Virus record (IMG/VR): IMGVR_UViG_3300032007_000073
Location: 8,402 to 72,401 of that record
Length of the DNA stretch: 64,000 nt
Origin: a virus
Taxonomy: Duplodnaviria; Caudoviricetes
Strand: one strand, 5' to 3'
This document shows, one piece after another, positions 28,298 to 39,279 of the stretch. Within the stretch, counting starts at the first letter, position 1. Each line of letters begins with the position of its first letter. The notes beneath the pieces were generated by a model. That model was not told where the DNA came from and did not search any database. It saw nothing but the letters and a program-made list of their open reading frames with translations. Both the position numbers and the translations under genes were made by a program.

Positions 28298-28509
28298 TAT
28301 CCCTCCAATGAATATTGAGCAACATAAGCCCAGCCTACTTTTGTCGGTACTCTTACACTCTCTTTCTTTATTTTATATCCCATTTTCTTGAGATTGTATA
28401 TCGCGGCACTCAATCTTGAAGTGCTACAATGTTGCCAAGCATCCAAAGGTGTTATCGTATGATACTTTTTAATATAATCAAGCACTCGTTGTTCTCTGTT
28501 CTTTTCCAT
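28297..28509 (-). CDS. Small winged helix-turn-helix protein
   Basis: 'VLDYIKK..TITPLDA...SRLSAAIYNLKK.GY.I'. Confidence 0.75.
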   Translation of the reverse strand: MEKNREQRVLDYIKKYHTITPLDAWQHCSTSRLSAAIYNLKKMGYKIKKESVRVPTKVGWAYVAQYSLEG

Positions 28510-28813
28510 AAAGCCCTCCTATCTCGTAATAGTTTACATAAGGAATGTTACAATATAGAGCCAAATCTCTTTCTATATTTACTCCTTTAGATTGTATCCC
28601 ATCCGTTATAATAGTAAATAAATCTGCTTGTTTTAATAAATCAAGAGACTCAAACATACAAAACTTATAAGGAAGTTTCTTTTTATAAGCATCTGTATCC
28701 AAAGGACTCAAAACCTCAAAGCCAAGAGCCTCCAACTTTTGTTTTGCTTCCGTAAAATCTTTTATGTAGTTATCGTTATTACTTATTGCTCCGGAAATAT
28801 AAATCTTATACAT
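28478..28813 (-). CDS. DUF4406-like (nucleoside deoxyribosyltransferase fold)
   Basis: 'KIYISGAIS...F..AK.KL..LGFEVLSP...S.G..IE..LA'. Confidence 0.75.
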   Translation of the reverse strand: MYKIYISGAISNNDNYIKDFTEAKQKLEALGFEVLSPLDTDAYKKKLPYKFCMFESLDLLKQADLFTIITDGIQSKGVNIERDLALYCNIPYVNYYEIGGLYGKEQRTTSA

Positions 28814-28987
28814 TATTTCTCCATTTTCATATAATATTTTATTATCCAACCAATAAATCCAAACGGAATAGCAAGAAAAATAATAGTTGATTTTTCTTCT
28901 ATTGTTTCAAATATACATCCTAAGACAAGAATCATAATTTGAGAAACATAAATCATAATACTTGCCCATATAAAAAAGAGTTCCATT

Positions 28988-29649
28988 TTATCCCTCCACT
29001 ATTATCTTTCTTTGTCTTACTCCGCGTCCTGTCTTTTTGATTTCTATCCCATTCTCTTTTATTATTCTTACCAATGTTGCAACAGAAACTCCAAAGGTTT
29101 TAGCCAAATCACTTGTTCTTGTAGTATTATATAGTCTCTTAAGCTCTTCTTTGCTTATTCTTATAGCCTTTTTAGGTTTATATCCTCCGTTTGTTTTTTG
29201 TGGTAGCCCATACTTTTTTGCCAAACTTACTATCGTACTCCTACTTACATTAAAAAACTTGGTTAAATCTGTTACGGTCATTTTATCGTAATTTTCTCTA
29301 AAAGATTCTTCTGTAATTTTGCACATAATACCTCCTAATCCATAAATTCTTTAATCACTTTAATTTTTCTTTCTATAATATCCTTCTCTAATAAGAGTTG
29401 GTCGTATCTTATACTTATACTCTCATTCCTATCACAAATATGTTTTTTCAAAACTCTCTCTGTGTTTTCTCTCTCTTGTCTCTCAACCACTTGTGTTAAA
29501 TAATCCTCTCTCATTTCCTTAGCTATTTTCTTATCAGGAAATCCCAATATTATAGACTTTGTCAATTTGTTAAGGTCGTGAGGATTGTTGATATCGAAAT
29601 CAGGTTGAGCCTCTTTTGCCTCTTTTATTATTTCATCTAATATTCCCAT
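28988..29649 (-). CDS. Repeated-HTH protein (28988-29326) and hypothetical protein (29335-29649)
   Basis: Two 'DL.K.F.VS..T.V' HTH-like units in the first ORF. Confidence 0.6.
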
Positions 29650-29650
29650 A

Positions 29651-29920
29651 TTACCCCCATTTAAGTTTTTTTATTCTGTCTATTGTTTCACGTGAAACAA
29701 ATCTTTTAAAGTATATGCTTGGTGGTTTTATACCTTTATCGTGTACTAATCTGTGATGCTTGGCACATAGCATAATCCCATTCTCAAGCATATACCTTGT
29801 ATTTTTGTATTTTCTTGTGTTAATCCAATGATGTGCCTCTCCGACTATACTGTTACATCCTGCAAATTGGCACGTTTTATCTCTTTCTTTAATCAATTTA
29901 GACCATTCTGCGTCTGTCAT
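29651..29920 (-). CDS. NinG-like / HNH protein
   Basis: 'WSKLIKERDKTCQ..GC...EAHH...TRY.LENG..LC..HH'. Confidence 0.7.
   Translation of the reverse strand: MTDAEWSKLIKERDKTCQFAGCNSIVGEAHHWINTRKYKNTRYMLENGIMLCAKHHRLVHDKGIKPPSIYFKRFVSRETIDRIKKLKWG
29684..29699. promoter_or_regulatory. parS: parS site, perfect 16/16 (TGTTTCACGTGAAACA)
   Basis: Exact match to the bacterial chromosomal parS palindrome; encodes 'VSRET' in 29651-29920. Confidence 0.8.
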
Positions 29921-30954
29921 AGTATATTAACCTTTTTGCATTTGCCTTGTTCTTTATCCCATTCAACCAACTCTACGGTCATTCCTTTTTGATAATCTTT
30001 TTTATCATAAGTCTTTACCATAGTTCCGTCTGTAAAAGTCAATGTCGATAATGTGTAATCTCTACCCGCATTTGTCTTGCCTGTCTTTTGCATAATATCA
30101 CTTATAACAAAGATATTGTCTGTTATATCTACTTCGGTTGCAGTATCTCCTTTAATCTCTTGTTCTACAACTTGTTCTTGTTGAGCAATAACATCGGCTT
30201 TATTCGGTTGAATTTCTTTTGGCATTTCTTTTGGTTGGTCGTAATCTATATGGACAGGTTCTTGTTGAACATCGAAATTCTTGTTGTCTATATCTTCCAT
30301 TATTGCTATCTTGGGGTCGCCTATAAATAAAGTCTTACATAATCTACGAACAACCGCCTTCTTTGCCATCTCTCCAAACCAATCATTCCATACAAAAGCA
30401 GTTTTTGCCTTACCTTTTATCTTTAATACCTCATCTTTACTCATAGTTTCAATGAATGAATACTCTTTACCTTTATCTGTGTATTGAATATAAGCATAAA
30501 CACCAACCATATCCTTGATATGTGCAAATGGATTAGCAACTTTGTGAGTATATTTTGCCTTACCATCTATTTTTTCTACGGTAAAAACATCTCCCGTATA
30601 AACCAACTCTGCCTTAACTTGTGCCGTAGGATATATTTCCTTAATCCTTGAAATAAATCCCTTAAAACCAATTTGATACTCAATCTTGCTACCATACTTA
30701 ACCACATAAGCGAGTTGCCTTTTATCAACAGGTATCCCAGTATCCAAAGAAGCCTTAAAAGCCTCTCTTATACTCTGCGGGTCTAAATTTGATAATGGTT
30801 GTTTACTTGCATCCAACATCGCTTTTGTTGCATAAGCAAACGAAATCAATTTGCTTTGCAATTCTTGTTGATTTAATCCTGTTGCTTTAATTAAAATAGG
30901 AACTTGCTCTTGTATCGCATTGTTAAAAGTTTGTACTACTAATTCTTGAGCCAT
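29917..30954 (-). CDS. recT: RecT/Red-beta family single-strand annealing protein
   Basis: 'AYVVKYG...YQIGFKGFI', 'VGVYAY', 'W.DWFGEMAKKAVVRRLCK'. Confidence 0.85.
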   Translation of the reverse strand: MAQELVVQTFNNAIQEQVPILIKATGLNQQELQSKLISFAYATKAMLDASKQPLSNLDPQSIREAFKASLDTGIPVDKRQLAYVVKYGSKIEYQIGFKGFISRIKEIYPTAQVKAELVYTGDVFTVEKIDGKAKYTHKVANPFAHIKDMVGVYAYIQYTDKGKEYSFIETMSKDEVLKIKGKAKTAFVWNDWFGEMAKKAVVRRLCKTLFIGDPKIAIMEDIDNKNFDVQQEPVHIDYDQPKEMPKEIQPNKADVIAQQEQVVEQEIKGDTATEVDITDNIFVISDIMQKTGKTNAGRDYTLSTLTFTDGTMVKTYDKKDYQKGMTVELVEWDKEQGKCKKVNIL

Positions 30955-30965
30955 AATGCCCTCCT

Positions 30966-31721
30966 TTAAATATTTTTTATTGACAATGTGTTTTCAAATG
31001 TTAATCTTCCGTTTTTCTTTTTGTAATTATATATATCTGTGAATAATTGCAAATATTCCTCCGATGTAGTACAAAGATATAGTTTTGCTTGATATTTCAT
31101 AACATTATCGATTAAAAAGTCCAAATCAAAATCTTTTATTTTTCTCAAGCATTTAACACATCTTACAATTTTATTTACAATGTTTCTTTTTCCTTTTATT
31201 ATGTAACAAAGCCTCATCATTTTTTGAACAAAATCGACACTCTCTTCAATGTCTTTTTCAAAAACCACTCTTCCTTCTTTAAAAACCTCATTTTTGTATC
31301 CACTTGCATTAAACAAACATTCTATCAATCCGTTTATACTAACACCAGTTTTGTTTTTGATTTCTAATAATCTTTGATAGTTTTTATTGCCTTGAGATGC
31401 CCAATATTGAGCATAATCTTCCAATCCCCATTTTTCTTGATATGTATTATAAATAGGAATGTTTTTTGTGTTATCCTTAAAAACGACATAATGAACAGGT
31501 ATCCCCATTCTCTTACAAGCCTCTAATCTGTGTTGCCCATCGATAATGTTAAATTCCTTATCGACAATTATCGGCTTTGACATTGACATCCCACCAGTCA
31601 ACTCAAAACTCTTCATTAATCTCTCTACGTTTTTGTTTTTTATACTTCTGTTTAATCCCACTCTTTTAAATTTTTCATAATTTTTTGTACTCGTGATAAT
31701 AGTTTTTGTGATTTTTTCCAT
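30966..31721 (-). CDS. ParB/Srx N-terminal-domain protein
   Basis: 'KPIIVDKEFNIIDGQHRLEACK.MGIPV' (GxxR motif). Confidence 0.75.
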   Translation of the reverse strand: MEKITKTIITSTKNYEKFKRVGLNRSIKNKNVERLMKSFELTGGMSMSKPIIVDKEFNIIDGQHRLEACKRMGIPVHYVVFKDNTKNIPIYNTYQEKWGLEDYAQYWASQGNKNYQRLLEIKNKTGVSINGLIECLFNASGYKNEVFKEGRVVFEKDIEESVDFVQKMMRLCYIIKGKRNIVNKIVRCVKCLRKIKDFDLDFLIDNVMKYQAKLYLCTTSEEYLQLFTDIYNYKKKNGRLTFENTLSIKNI

Positions 31722-31751
31722 TTTTTGCCCTCTCTTTTTAATTTTTATATG

Positions 31752-31780
31752 ATTATAACATATAATTTACATAAAGTCAA
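31752..31780 (-). promoter_or_regulatory. Strong sigma70 promoter TTGACT-N17-TATAAT (extended TG) for the ParB-like/RecT operon
   Basis: -35 at 31780-31775; -10 at 31757-31752. Confidence 0.75.
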
Positions 31781-31783
31781 TAT

Positions 31784-33490
31784 TTATTTTGACGGGCAGA
31801 AATATCCTTTTTTTCTTCTCTTGTTTCCAGACACATCTGCCTTGTCTTTTTTGAACTTCTTTAATTTGTTCTCTTTTCTTACTTTTGCGATTTGTTTCAT
31901 CGTAAAACTGCCGTATCTCATTTTCCCTCCTTGCCAAACAAAAAGTTTGGATTTTTATAAGTTTTTTTTATAAATTCCATATCCATTTTAATAATTTTAG
32001 CTAATCCAAGAGGTTTTATTGTTACTACCAAATCAAAATCTATTTTTCCAAAATCGTGGTATATTTGTTGTAAAATAAAAGGTCTGTTTTTAACCCAATG
32101 AAAAGCATCTATTATAAGTGTAGGTCTTTTCATAAATTTATCCTCCAATGTTTCTTGAATCTACTTAACGATTTAAAATACACCAAAGTTCTGCTCACAA
32201 AATCCCTAATTACACTCATCGATGTTTCCAATTTAAAATCGTGCAGAATTATACAGAAATTATCTTTTGCCAATATAAATCTGTATCCATTTTTAAACAA
32301 GCAACAGAAAATTTTAAAATCCCCAACTTGCCTAACAAACATTCTGTACGGAATACCATCTCCAAGTTCTTTGAACTTAGCAGGTTTTAGACATTCTTTT
32401 ACTATATCCATTTTATTCCTCCTGTGATAATAAAATTACTTCATTGTTTTGTAACTCTTTCAAAATATCCCCAATTTCTACAACTTCAATATCTTCTACC
32501 GTTTGCAGATATTTTATCGCAAGTTCTATGTTTGTAATTTCTTCTACCTCTGCATCGTTTCTTTTAACAAATCCCATATCAAGCAGTCTATCTTGGTATA
32601 AATACATCCATTTTTTGCCTTTGTCGTTTAATTTATCGTTAGCAAATCTAATAACTGCTTTTTCTGTTCCCAAAAACAAATCTTTTGTGTCTGTGTTTAT
32701 AAGTTTATATATATTTCCGTCTTTTTCTATCGCCTCAATACCATAAAAATCTTCTGCACAATAAAAACATTGATAAACATAGCCGTCTATATCACTTTTT
32801 GCCAATGGAGTTTTACAATGACGACATAAATGTTTTTCATCCAATGGATATAGTTTTACACTATACTTTTTAGTTATAGTTTCAATATCTATTTCGTGAA
32901 AATACTCTTTTATTTGACTCTCTGTCATCGGTGGCAATTCTCCACCGAATTGATTTGTGTATAATTCCAAAGTGTCTATATCTACCAAACAATATCTTGT
33001 TTCCATATTATACCTCCTTTATTCTCTTTCAAAGTTTTTCAACATCTCCAATATAGACAATCTTCTAACTAACAGATTGTAAAGTTTTCTTGTTTTTTCA
33101 AACAAAAGTCCATAATCGGCGGAGGATATATTATCTATTTCTTTTTTTGCATTTTTTATTTTGTTTTCAAGTGTTTCTTTTTTGTTTTTCAAATCATCTA
33201 TCTTTAATTTTATATTCATTTATTCACTCCGTTGTTATTTTTTTACAATTATTGTTTTCTTCCATTATTCCTTTTATAATCATCCAAGAATGAGAAATAT
33301 CAATTGCCATCGATAAAGAAAAAAATCTTATTCTATTGTGTGTTATTTGACATATCTCATAACGCCCTCTTCTAATAGATAAATATTCTTGTCCGTTATC
33401 CAAATAATGTTTTAGTATTACATATATTCCATTTTTTCTTTTTGGAAAAGCCAAAGATTTTTCTTTTAATTCTATCCAATTCATAGGCAT
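31784..33490 (-). CDS. Six small hypothetical genes (31784-31921, 31918-32148, 32130-32411, 32413-33006 with Zn finger, 33019-33219, 33224-33490)
   Basis: ORFs with RBSs; 32413-33006 has 'CRHC...CFYC'. Confidence 0.6.
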
Positions 33491-34353
33491 TATTCTCCCA
33501 TTTCCGATAATTTTCTATCAAAAGACAAAGAAAAAGCACTCTCTTGATATCCTTCAAAGCCTTTTTCTACCAAATCTGTCCTGAAACTATCATCCGTAAA
33601 ACCTTTATCAAATCTCTTTTTGATTTTATCGATAACCAAATCAGTATAAACTCTACAAACTTCAATATCTTTTTGTTCTACGGAACGAATTTCTATCCAG
33701 TTTTCCTCATCGGGTCTTGAAGATTGAATAATAAACACCATTTTTACGGGAGTTTGTCCATACAAAGACTCAATTGCTTTGCATTGCATCCCAACATCGT
33801 AAGTATAGCCACCTACATCGATACCTCTAATATTTTTTTCTATTGTTGCCGTAGTTTTGTACTCAATTAAAACAATCCCTTGTGGAGTATTTTTTACGGC
33901 ATCCAATTTTGCTTTTAAAACCAAACCTCTATCTTCCCAAATCACAGGTTTTTCAATTGAAATCCCACTTAAAATAGTTTTTACCAAGTCATAACTCAAT
34001 AAAGTTTTTATCCTTAAATACCAATTATCGAACTCACTTTGTAAAACCAAGTCTTTTCCACTTTTTTCATTGGCTATCGCATCTTGGAAGGCTTTTGTTT
34101 TACGAGAACTAAAACCTTTGCCATCAGGAATAATTTTGTACTCATCGTGAAATTTGTTAGGTTCTAACAATAAAGTATGAGCCAATCTCCCATTTACCAA
34201 AGCATCTGTTACTCCCTCATCAATCCTATTAGGATTGAAAAGGCAGTTTTTCCAAAACCACATCGGATTTTGGTCATTCCATTTTTTAATTTGACTTTTG
34301 CTTAATCCTTTGTAAGCAAAATAGTCTTTGTCGCTTAGTCTTTGCATAAGCAT
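33490..34353 (-). CDS. RecE/exonuclease VIII-like PD-(D/E)XK nuclease (DUF3799-type)
   Basis: 'GLSKSQIK', 'GRLAHTLLLEP', 'KAKLDAV...IEYKTT', 'Y..GMQ'; functional partner of RecT. Confidence 0.8.
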   Translation of the reverse strand: MLMQRLSDKDYFAYKGLSKSQIKKWNDQNPMWFWKNCLFNPNRIDEGVTDALVNGRLAHTLLLEPNKFHDEYKIIPDGKGFSSRKTKAFQDAIANEKSGKDLVLQSEFDNWYLRIKTLLSYDLVKTILSGISIEKPVIWEDRGLVLKAKLDAVKNTPQGIVLIEYKTTATIEKNIRGIDVGGYTYDVGMQCKAIESLYGQTPVKMVFIIQSSRPDEENWIEIRSVEQKDIEVCRVYTDLVIDKIKKRFDKGFTDDSFRTDLVEKGFEGYQESAFSLSFDRKLSEMGE

Positions 34354-34620
34354 CTACCTCCTTTTTAAATTTCTTTTTGTTAATTTTCTTGCAATCTTTA
34401 CACATCTACGAATTTGCTCTCTTGTTTGCTCTCTATTTAACAAATAAGTATCTTTTGTTACTATCAGTTTTTCTTTGTAGAAAAATCTAATCTCAAGCAT
34501 AAACACAATTTTTATTGTTATAATATCGTTTATAAGATACATATATTTTCCGCATTTGCGATATTCAAAACCTTTAAATCTTTTTAAATAGTTTTCCATA
34601 ATATCATATTCATATCTCAT
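34354..34620 (-). CDS. Hypothetical protein
   Basis: 88 aa ORF with an AGGAGG RBS. Confidence 0.55.
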   Translation of the reverse strand: MRYEYDIMENYLKRFKGFEYRKCGKYMYLINDIITIKIVFMLEIRFFYKEKLIVTKDTYLLNREQTREQIRRCVKIARKLTKRNLKRR

Positions 34621-34680
34621 ATAGTCCTCCTTTTAATAGATTTTAATGAATAGCTCCATATAGGAGCTATCCCTTAAAAG

Positions 34681-35382
34681 CTACCTCCAATTTAAAATAT
34701 TTTTCTGCGGTTTATATGTTTGTGTTATTTTATCCCATTCCATCCAAGCTTGTTGTTCGTTATCCCAATATCCACCATACCAATATGAATAAGATACTGG
34801 CTCAGGTTTTTGATAACTTGTATTACTATACCATATTCCGTTATCCCAAACACCTGCTTTTTCGTTTATGATTTTATATTTTCCGTTTTTGTTTAACAAA
34901 ATCATTTTATTTGACGAACCAATATATCCTTCAATTAATTGAAACAGAACATCGTTTTTTCCTTCTATCATATCATTGAGGCAACTTTTTGCTATTCTTT
35001 GAAGGATTTTTTTATTAAACATCATAGTGTCGCTATCGTTAGAAGTTTTAGAAACTCCGTAATCGTGTCTCAAAATTCCGTTATGACAAAACACTATCTC
35101 GTCATTTACAACAAACGGATGAGTACATCTTTTAGATATTAGCCCGTGAGTTGCTATTCTAAAATGTACCAAAAACGGCTTATCTATATACTTGTCTCTT
35201 GTTTCAATAAAATTATCAATATTTTTGATAATTTTCTTTTTATTTGATTCTTTTACCATTTTTATTTGATTGTTTTCATCAAAATAAGCATATCCAAATC
35301 CGTCCCTGTTCGTTTCGTTACATCTAATTAAAGTATCTCTATCTAAAACTTTGCCTTCTGGCAATAATATTGCTATGCACAT
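34681..35382 (-). CDS. Class II glutamine amidotransferase (Ntn hydrolase)
   Basis: N-terminal M-C; 'NRDGFG', 'HFRIATHG', 'THPF', 'HNGIL', 'SDT'. Confidence 0.9.
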   Translation of the reverse strand: MCIAILLPEGKVLDRDTLIRCNETNRDGFGYAYFDENNQIKMVKESNKKKIIKNIDNFIETRDKYIDKPFLVHFRIATHGLISKRCTHPFVVNDEIVFCHNGILRHDYGVSKTSNDSDTMMFNKKILQRIAKSCLNDMIEGKNDVLFQLIEGYIGSSNKMILLNKNGKYKIINEKAGVWDNGIWYSNTSYQKPEPVSYSYWYGGYWDNEQQAWMEWDKITQTYKPQKNILNWR

Positions 35383-37070
35383 ATTGTTTTTACCTCCTTT
35401 AAATATTTTACCTTCATTTCATAGAATTTTATCAATTGTTTTAATATCTTACTATGAGCATTTTGTTTTAAATACTCAAACATCTCTTTTGCATTTAAAG
35501 ACTCTTCGTTTTCTTTATCTCTTGAATATTCAACTAACAATTTACAGAATTGAATATGAGCAAATATAACATCGGTTCTCAAAGTTCCGTTAAACATTCT
35601 TATTTCTATCGTTTTGGCGTGTTTAAAGTTTACGATGTGATATTTATCTCCAAAAACACCGGCATTATTCAATCCATTAATGAAATAATTTTTATCTCTT
35701 GCTATACCATAATCAAACTGAGCATAATGATTAAAACTTCTACAAGCAAAATGTTCGGTTAAATATTTATCCAAATAAAAACATCTTGCAAATCTTGCAA
35801 TATGATAATTATCCTTAAAACCTGCTCTACTTAAATGAATATGGAGACCTGTTGTTGTTGCTTCATCACTGTATCCACCCCCATTAATTACACTTTGAAA
35901 AGTTCTTTTGAAATCGCATAGTGCCAAATACCATCTTTTATACGTCATTGCATAAGATACGACTTCAAATCCATTACTTATACTACTATCTGATTTTAAA
36001 TAAACAAATTGTTTTAACGATTTATTTATCTTTTTTGCACATTCTTCTATACTACTATCCATATCTACTTCCATTTCTATTTCTGCGCCATAGAACATTT
36101 TTTCGTTTACATCGTCTGTTCTTGCTCTTAAAAATCTCTCAATTTTTGTTGAATAAGGATTAATTCTTGTCAATTTACACTCAGAGCAAAGAGTATCCTC
36201 TTCATCTTCTCTAACATAATAACAATCGCATTTATAACAACATCTAATTGTTTCTGGAAGTTCCGAATTAATAACATTCATCTCATCTTTATACAAATTC
36301 AATTCTTTTTGAACTGCTTTTTTATCTTTCTCGCAAGAAAATTTTAATCTAACTCTAAATCCCATCTTGCCAGTCAAATCACATTTTCCGTAATTTTTTT
36401 CTATCAAACAATCATCGCAATAAGTTCCATCGTTTACTTCTGTAATATTAAATGTCGGTTGTTGATAACAAATTACTTCCGTCCTTCCACAACAATTACA
36501 ATATCTCCTATATTTTTTATTAAAATTTGTCTCCCACCACTCTATCACTTTATCTTCAAACTCAGGTCTATAAAACCATCCTGAGAAATCCTCAATCGTA
36601 CAATTCGGCATAGCTCTCTTTGTCTTTTTAACAAAATCATAAACTATCGTATCTTCTAATCCTGTAATTCTTATACAATAAAACAATCTTCCAAAAATTT
36701 TCTCCATTTCTGCATAATCTACATCAAATTTTTTGATTGTTTTAAGGTATTTTCTCATCTTAGAAACCCTTATCAAAAACGGCAAGTTTCTACTTCTTCT
36801 ACAATCGCTCAATCTACTAATGCCGTACACAGGAGAAAAACTATCCTTTTCCTGCTCCACATTGAACGATTTTAAAGACCTTGCAGAAAAATTAATACTT
36901 GAGATAACCGAATCTCCTTCTCTTTTATCCCATCTTGTGTTTTTAATCCATCCTTCTACATTCAAATCTGCCTCTTGCAGACTTCTTGACAACTTGTACG
37001 CCTCATCTTTTGCGATTTCATAATAAGAATCGCACGTCTTTGACCTATGGAGTTTGTTCATTATATCCAT
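35373..37070 (-). CDS. Amidoligase (COOH-NH2 ligase type 2) with N-terminal Cys-rich zinc ribbons
   Basis: 'YGAEIEME', 'KSDSSI..GFEVVS', 'TGLHIH', 'TIEIRMFNGT'; adjacent to the GATase. Confidence 0.85.
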   Translation of the reverse strand: MDIMNKLHRSKTCDSYYEIAKDEAYKLSRSLQEADLNVEGWIKNTRWDKREGDSVISSINFSARSLKSFNVEQEKDSFSPVYGISRLSDCRRSRNLPFLIRVSKMRKYLKTIKKFDVDYAEMEKIFGRLFYCIRITGLEDTIVYDFVKKTKRAMPNCTIEDFSGWFYRPEFEDKVIEWWETNFNKKYRRYCNCCGRTEVICYQQPTFNITEVNDGTYCDDCLIEKNYGKCDLTGKMGFRVRLKFSCEKDKKAVQKELNLYKDEMNVINSELPETIRCCYKCDCYYVREDEEDTLCSECKLTRINPYSTKIERFLRARTDDVNEKMFYGAEIEMEVDMDSSIEECAKKINKSLKQFVYLKSDSSISNGFEVVSYAMTYKRWYLALCDFKRTFQSVINGGGYSDEATTTGLHIHLSRAGFKDNYHIARFARCFYLDKYLTEHFACRSFNHYAQFDYGIARDKNYFINGLNNAGVFGDKYHIVNFKHAKTIEIRMFNGTLRTDVIFAHIQFCKLLVEYSRDKENEESLNAKEMFEYLKQNAHSKILKQLIKFYEMKVKYLKEVKTICA

Positions 37071-37102
37071 ATAGCCCTCCTTGTTTTAAGTCCAGTGGAC
37101 TG

Positions 37103-38972
37103 TTTAGTACTCAATAAGCCCCTGATATCTCTATCAGGGATATACAAAATACTAAAATCCAAAACTTTTAATATATTTTTTAGCATTGCATAAATTTTTA
37201 CAAACTTCATTTGCAAGAGCTTTAGTTATAAACATCGTTTGTTTGGAATGAATAGACGTATCGTAATATCTCTTTTTTTCTTTTTTATCGTAAAATTCCA
37301 ATTGAATTTCATATAGTATCTCAACTCCTCCCTTTTTTAAATTTATACAAAAATCCACCACTTTACCTTCAACTACTTCAAAAGCATCTCCAATAAGAGC
37401 CCTTCTAACACAAAACACTCTTTGTCCGATTTCATAATCGGTTTTAATTGTGATTTCCATAATATCCTCCTTTATAATGTTTAATTAGACCCCGATATCT
37501 CTATCGGGGCTAAACAAAACATTACAACTCAGCAAGTTTTTCAACTAATTTCTCTCTCTCCAAAGTGAGTCTGTCAACTATCACTTTCCTTGCCTTCTCA
37601 GTTGTTTTTGGATAAGATTTTAAAGTAACACCTATCGAATCAAACGTAAGATTCTTGGCAGACTCAATCATCTTATCCTTCCTATCAATTTTTTCCAACA
37701 ACGTCAATACTTCATTTCTGTTAGATAACTTCATAGCTATCCCCCTTTTATTTTATTTCTGCCTTAAAGGCAGTTTTTTATAAAAATATCCTTTTACATA
37801 TTTCATATCAAAATAACTTGCTATAGCAAAACAATCTGCCAATGTAGGATGATGAGATATCGTATTGATTATCTCCCATCGTTCATAATGGTTGCCTTTG
37901 AAATCAACTACTTCGGTCATTATCGCATCCCATTCTTGATTTAACACTTTTACTGCTTGTTCAAATAAAAGCATATTAAACCTCCTTTAGTGTTTAATAA
38001 GGTCCTGATATCGCTATCAGGACTATACAAAGCACTAATATTTAATATTATCACAGGCTTGTTTGAATTGTTCTTCTGTTATACAATCGGGCAAATACTC
38101 TTTAATATCTTTTATTTCATAAAATCCGCTGCAACAGTCTATTGTCTCTCCATAGTTATCATAAACTTCAAATCCGTAAAAGTCTCCATCTGAGCATTTT
38201 TGCCAAACTTTCAAAAACTTTTTAAACACTTCGTATCCAAAATGAACATCTTTACTATGATGTTTTATTGCAATAATTCCAGCAATTCCCGAATCCCAAC
38301 GGTCTCTTAAAGCTCCTGAATATTCATATAGCCAAATCCCGCTATGTATCGTTGCCTCACAATAAAACAACTGATATCCATTTGCTAATAACTCTTCTTT
38401 GTCAAAGTAATCTGCGTTTTCTACTTCATAATTTTTGCATAAGGTATAATCTTTCAAACAATTTAAAATCTTAACATCGTCAATTTCATCTCTATCAAAC
38501 ACAAGATTAATTTCATCTTCATAATCTACAAAATCATACCTGAAAATTCTCAAATAATACTTTCTTTCTACCAAAGAATTAGCAAAGTTTAAAATCTTAT
38601 CATACTGCTCCGGACTTAAATCTTTAATAGTTAAATCCATAATAATCCTCCTTTTTAAAGTCCATAAGGACTGTTTTAATATTTAATCCTATCTCCAATA
38701 AAGAGACAGGACAAAACATTAAATTTTGTTTTCAATTATAAATCCCATAATATTATTGAGTATTTCTAATTTCCCATTATTTCTTGCCGTATCTCTCAAA
38801 TACTCCAAATCCCCAATAATTTCCTTTTTTTTCTTCTCTTCTATCATATCTGACTCTTTTCTTGTCTCTTCTCCAAGTTTTAACACAAATTCTTTTAGTG
38901 TCATATTAAACCTCCTTTATTAGTATTTAATCAAACTCCCTGATTATCTCAGGGAGCTAAACAAAATACTAA
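37103..38972 (-). repeat. Dispersed intergenic hairpin repeat, five copies (37103-37156, 37475-37524, 37987-38038, 38675-38723, 38920-38972); divergent relative at 34641-34679
   Basis: Each copy is a ~50-nt imperfect inverted repeat starting at the upstream stop codon and ending just upstream of an AGGAGG RBS. Three share the core CC(C/T)GATAG(A/C)GATATC(A/G)GG. Confidence 0.85.
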
Positions 38973-39279
38973 AAATGTTTCATATTACCTCCTAACAAAC
39001 TGTTATAATCCCATCGTTATCCCATTCTACTATACATTTCCATAATTCAACTTTATAGCCATACTCTTCCAATACTTTTATCGCATCTTCGGCCGTATTT
39101 ACCACTTTATTGCTTTTTTCTTGTTTCAAAACCTGATTTGCAAACTTTGGAAGAGCTTTATCCGTAATATAGCTCTCCAAATCTTCAAAAGTCATTTTTA
39201 CCTTGTAAATATGGACTGCAAACTCACATTTTTTTTCTAATCCGTGTGTTATTTCTTTTGCTATTTCATTGATTCCCAT
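37152..39279 (-). CDS. Array of small early-type genes (37152-37460, 37522-37734, 37753-37974, 38035-38640, 38719-38904, 38992-39279) plus mini-ORF MKHF (38969-38983)
   Basis: Most have a GGAGG RBS; products unknown. 38035-38640 carries 'HSGIWL...DRWDSG..GII'. Confidence 0.7.

Noticed and set aside
30966-31721. DGQHR motif suggesting DndB / phosphorothioation
   Set aside because: No other dnd or ssp genes; the context fits the common phage ParB-N family.
37103-38972. Repeated hairpins as a CRISPR array
   Set aside because: Spacing is hundreds of bp and filled by ORFs, the copies are degenerate, and there are no cas genes.
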